Virus record (IMG/VR): IMGVR_UViG_3300027804_000049
Location: 32,001-96,000 of that record
DNA: 64,000 nucleotides
Direction: 5' to 3' (one strand)
DNA from: a virus
A program made the position numbers and the translations under genes. The notes beneath the pieces were generated by a model, which was not told where the DNA came from, did no database searches, and saw only the letters and a list, made by a program, of their open reading frames with translations. Below, piece after piece: positions 61,257 to 64,000 of the stretch (position 1 is its first letter; every line of letters begins with the position of its first letter).

Positions 61257-64000
61257 TTGTCGTCTCGTCATCGCGCTCGTAAACTTGCGCTCGCTACTTT
61301 TCTTGCCGCGGGCTCTAGCCTTTCTTTTTTAACACCTTCTCTTGCGACGGAGTCAACTTCTCAACCTTCGCCTTCGCCCTCTGCAGATCCAACTCCGCAG
61401 CCATCTTCAGAGCCGTCTCCCACTTCAACCTCGTCTCCAACTCCAACACCCTCCGCTTCAACGGAGCCGACGCCCACACCCACCCCAGAACAATCCCAGA
61501 CCCAAGCGAGTACAACGCAAACAACATCTCCAGAGTCGTCATCTTCTACTCCCCCAAGTCCTCAAGAAAGTCCGTCTCCTCAAACATCTTCGTCAAGCTC
61601 GACAGAATCAAATAGCTCGCAGCAAGGGCCGTCAACACAAGACCAAACACAAACAAGCTCAACTTCTTCATCCTCAGATTCTATTACGCCTGTCCCGGTA
61701 ACGACCCCTACAACTCCTCCACCTCCTCCTACAAACCAGGATCTCGTCAACCAAGCACAGACAACTCTTACCGCCCAAAGTGTAATACTCACCGAGGTTT
61801 CTAACACCTCTGCCTCCCTTCCCGCCCCTGCTCCCTCTACAACAACTGCGGCGATTACTACTGCTCAAACGGCTATTCAAGATGCTCAAACGGCTACCAC
61901 CGAGGCACAAACTGCTATTACTACCCAAACTACCGCCGAGGCAGCAGTTACCACCGCTCAAACAAATTTGACCCAATCACAGGAAAATACAGCTACTGCC
62001 GAAACAAATTTAACTCAAGCTCAAACAACTCTCACCGCCGCTCAAGCAGCGGTCACAACTCAAACACAGGTTGTTACGCAGGTAACTGAAACATTGACCC
62101 AGGCGCAGACAACTCTCACTGAGGCAACGACTGCGGTCACAACTCAAACAGCAGTTGTAACTCAGGCAACCACCGAGGCGCAACAGGCACAGGCAGCTGC
62201 GGATGCAGCAAACACAAGTACAAGCGTTACTCACACCGAGACATTTGCAAATAATACGATTAACAACTCGTCTGGAACTGGCGCGGTCGCAATCACGGTT
62301 GGAACATCTCCCGTATCAACTACATCTCAAAATGGAGTATCGATCGGCGGAAACTGGACTACAGGCAATTCAAACGCAGTCTCCGGATCCGCGCTTATTC
62401 TTATGAGTCCTTCCGCTGAAACTACAATTCAATTTCTTAATACATCAAATACAACCGTCTCCCAGGTTGAGTTTGGCGTCTACGCAAAGAACGGTGATGG
62501 CACTGCTACAACTAAATATACGGACGGAACAACATCAACGTTTACTATTGAAAATAACGTAGGAACTCAAAACGGTCAGTCAAATACAACGTACACTCAT
62601 ACCGAGACCGTTGTAGCTCCACAGGGCAAGAAGATTCACGAGATTGTAATTGCGCCTGACTGGGATTACTACGTTATTGACAACATAAAGGTAACGACAA
62701 CCACACAAACATCTGATCCTTCATTGATTGCCACGGCTCAACAAGCGCAGGCAGTTGTTGCTTCCGAGACCCAAACTCTAACAACTCTTCAAACCCAAGA
62801 GGCAACCGCCCAAACTGCGGTAACTCAGGCGCAAACAGTTGTAACCAATGAGACCCAAACATTAACAACTCTTCAGGCAGTTGAAACTCAAAAGGCCAAT
62901 GACGTTTCCACCGCACAAACTGCGGTGACGCAAGCACAAACCCAGGAGGCTCAGGCAGCCGTTACGGTAGTTCAAGCACAGGAGACTCTCGCCTCCGCAG
63001 AGCAGGCAGCAACAACTGCAATCACACAGATGCAGGAAAAGGTAGAAATTGCAACGCAGGCGGTCACCGTTGCGGACGTTCACGTTGACCTTGATGTTGC
63101 GCAAAAAAATATTAACACCCAAACTCAAACTGCAACTGCAAACAACACTCTAACGCAGGCAGCTCCAATTATTCAGGACGCGCAGGCAGCGGTTGATACC
63201 GCCCGCGTAATTGCGGTTGCGGCATCACAGGCAGTTACAGACGCGATGACTCAAAATGCAACTGCACCAACTGTCACGCAAGCACAAGCTCAAGTTACGA
63301 CATCAACAACAGCAGTTGCCTCTGCACAGGAAAACGTTACGTCCGCTCAAGCAACTGTCTCGATTGAGCAAACTCAGGTTGCTAGTGCACAAACTGCGCT
63401 CGCGACTGCGCAAACGGTAGTTGATTCACAAACAACTCCAGGTGTTGATGCGACCGTCTATAACAACCTTGGATATAACAACGTACCGCCGCTTCCTGCA
63501 GATGATCGCATCATCGCAGAGACCACGGTTAACAACATTCAATTTAACTGGGGATCAGGCGCTGTCTTAGGAACCTTATCCGAGGACGTTGCGGTTAAGT
63601 TTACCGCGCAACTAACTGCACCCGTCACAGGCACCATTCAATTTTATGCGCCTGCAGATGACGGAACGATACTGCAGCTTGATGGAAATACCGTTATCAA
63701 TGATTGGTATGACAAGGGTGGCGGTGGCACTATTCACTCCTACACGGTCAATGCCAATGATCCGATGGATATGACCTTTTGGTTTTATGAAAACGGCGGT
63801 GGCGCAAACGTAACCCTGATGTGGAACCTTAATAATGGTCAAGGCTGGGTTGCGGTTCCTGCAAGTGCATTTACACAAACCGCCGCGTCCTTAGAGCAAA
63901 TACAAGCATTGTCAGATGCAAATAACACATTGACCCTAGAGCTTCAACAACTTGCGGTTGCGCAAACAAACTTAACGAGTGCGCAGTCAACTCTTACAAG
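61257..64000 (+). CDS. Large secreted protein with S/T/P linker, T/Q/A coiled coils and a PA14 domain; runs off the window
   Basis: Absent from the ORF track because there is no stop in the window. TTG 61257 after AAGGAG; signal peptide MSSRHRARKLALATFLAAGSSLSFLTPSLA; PA14 motifs IQFNWGSG...ADDG...INDWYDKG...FYENGGGA at about 63435-63880. Confidence 0.8.
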   Translation, partial: MSSRHRARKLALATFLAAGSSLSFLTPSLATESTSQPSPSPSADPTPQPSSEPSPTSTSSPTPTPSASTEPTPTPTPEQSQTQASTTQTTSPESSSSTPPSPQESPSPQTSSSSSTESNSSQQGPSTQDQTQTSSTSSSSDSITPVPVTTPTTPPPPPTNQDLVNQAQTTLTAQSVILTEVSNTSASLPAPAPSTTTAAITTAQTAIQDAQTATTEAQTAITTQTTAEAAVTTAQTNLTQSQENTATAETNLTQAQTTLTAAQAAVTTQTQVVTQVTETLTQAQTTLTEATTAVTTQTAVVTQATTEAQQAQAAADAANTSTSVTHTETFANNTINNSSGTGAVAITVGTSPVSTTSQNGVSIGGNWTTGNSNAVSGSALILMSPSAETTIQFLNTSNTTVSQVEFGVYAKNGDGTATTKYTDGTTSTFTIENNVGTQNGQSNTTYTHTETVVAPQGKKIHEIVIAPDWDYYVIDNIKVTTTTQTSDPSLIATAQQAQAVVASETQTLTTLQTQEATAQTAVTQAQTVVTNETQTLTTLQAVETQKANDVSTAQTAVTQAQTQEAQAAVTVVQAQETLASAEQAATTAITQMQEKVEIATQAVTVADVHVDLDVAQKNINTQTQTATANNTLTQAAPIIQDAQAAVDTARVIAVAASQAVTDAMTQNATAPTVTQAQAQVTTSTTAVASAQENVTSAQATVSIEQTQVASAQTALATAQTVVDSQTTPGVDATVYNNLGYNNVPPLPADDRIIAETTVNNIQFNWGSGAVLGTLSEDVAVKFTAQLTAPVTGTIQFYAPADDGTILQLDGNTVINDWYDKGGGGTIHSYTVNANDPMDMTFWFYENGGGANVTLMWNLNNGQGWVAVPASAFTQTAASLEQIQALSDANNTLTLELQQLAVAQTNLTSAQSTLT

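Noticed and set aside
61315-63878. Short ORFs listed in the last 2.7 kb
   Set aside because: They are alternative frames of a single long plus-strand gene starting at 61257.
1-64000. Alternative genetic code, introns/inteins or a diversity-generating retroelement
   Set aside because: Genes are long and intact in the standard code; no splicing motifs, reverse transcriptase or TR/VR pair were seen.

Overview
This 64-kb window is part of a large tailed (siphovirus-like) phage genome. The likely host is an actinobacterium, probably a low-GC freshwater type; this is inferred from a cluster-B-like head module, many leaderless genes and a PA14 surface protein. Positions 1-58.5 kb are almost all on the minus strand. 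From left to right they carry: a thymidylate-synthase-family enzyme with the cytosine-specific Asp and a dNMP kinase/UDG-like fusion; a full tail module; separate pentamer-like and hexamer-like capsid genes; a 1541-aa protease polyprotein; a 1729-aa head-module protein with GNAT-like and kinase-like domains; portal and terminase; and cell-wall enzymes. A 39-53 kb early region is built from repeated promoter/RBS cassettes and encodes an HDAC-family deacetylase, a dual-specificity phosphatase, tRNA-Gly, an Ntn protease, a subtilase, a VWA protein, a MoxR-type AAA protein, many microproteins and several structured ncRNAs. An AT-rich region of repeats and palindromes at 58.5-58.9 kb separates this from a plus-strand arm with three paralogous virion-like genes and a large secreted PA14 protein. 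The best novelty candidates are: (i) a matched writer/eraser pair (acetyltransferase + kinase in one head-module protein versus a co-transcribed deacetylase + phosphatase); (ii) 3' hairpins whose loops are complementary to the ribosome-binding regions of their own operons; (iii) an unrecognised ~260-nt pseudoknotted ncRNA with its own promoter and terminator. All family calls come from motifs read by eye; no database searches were run.
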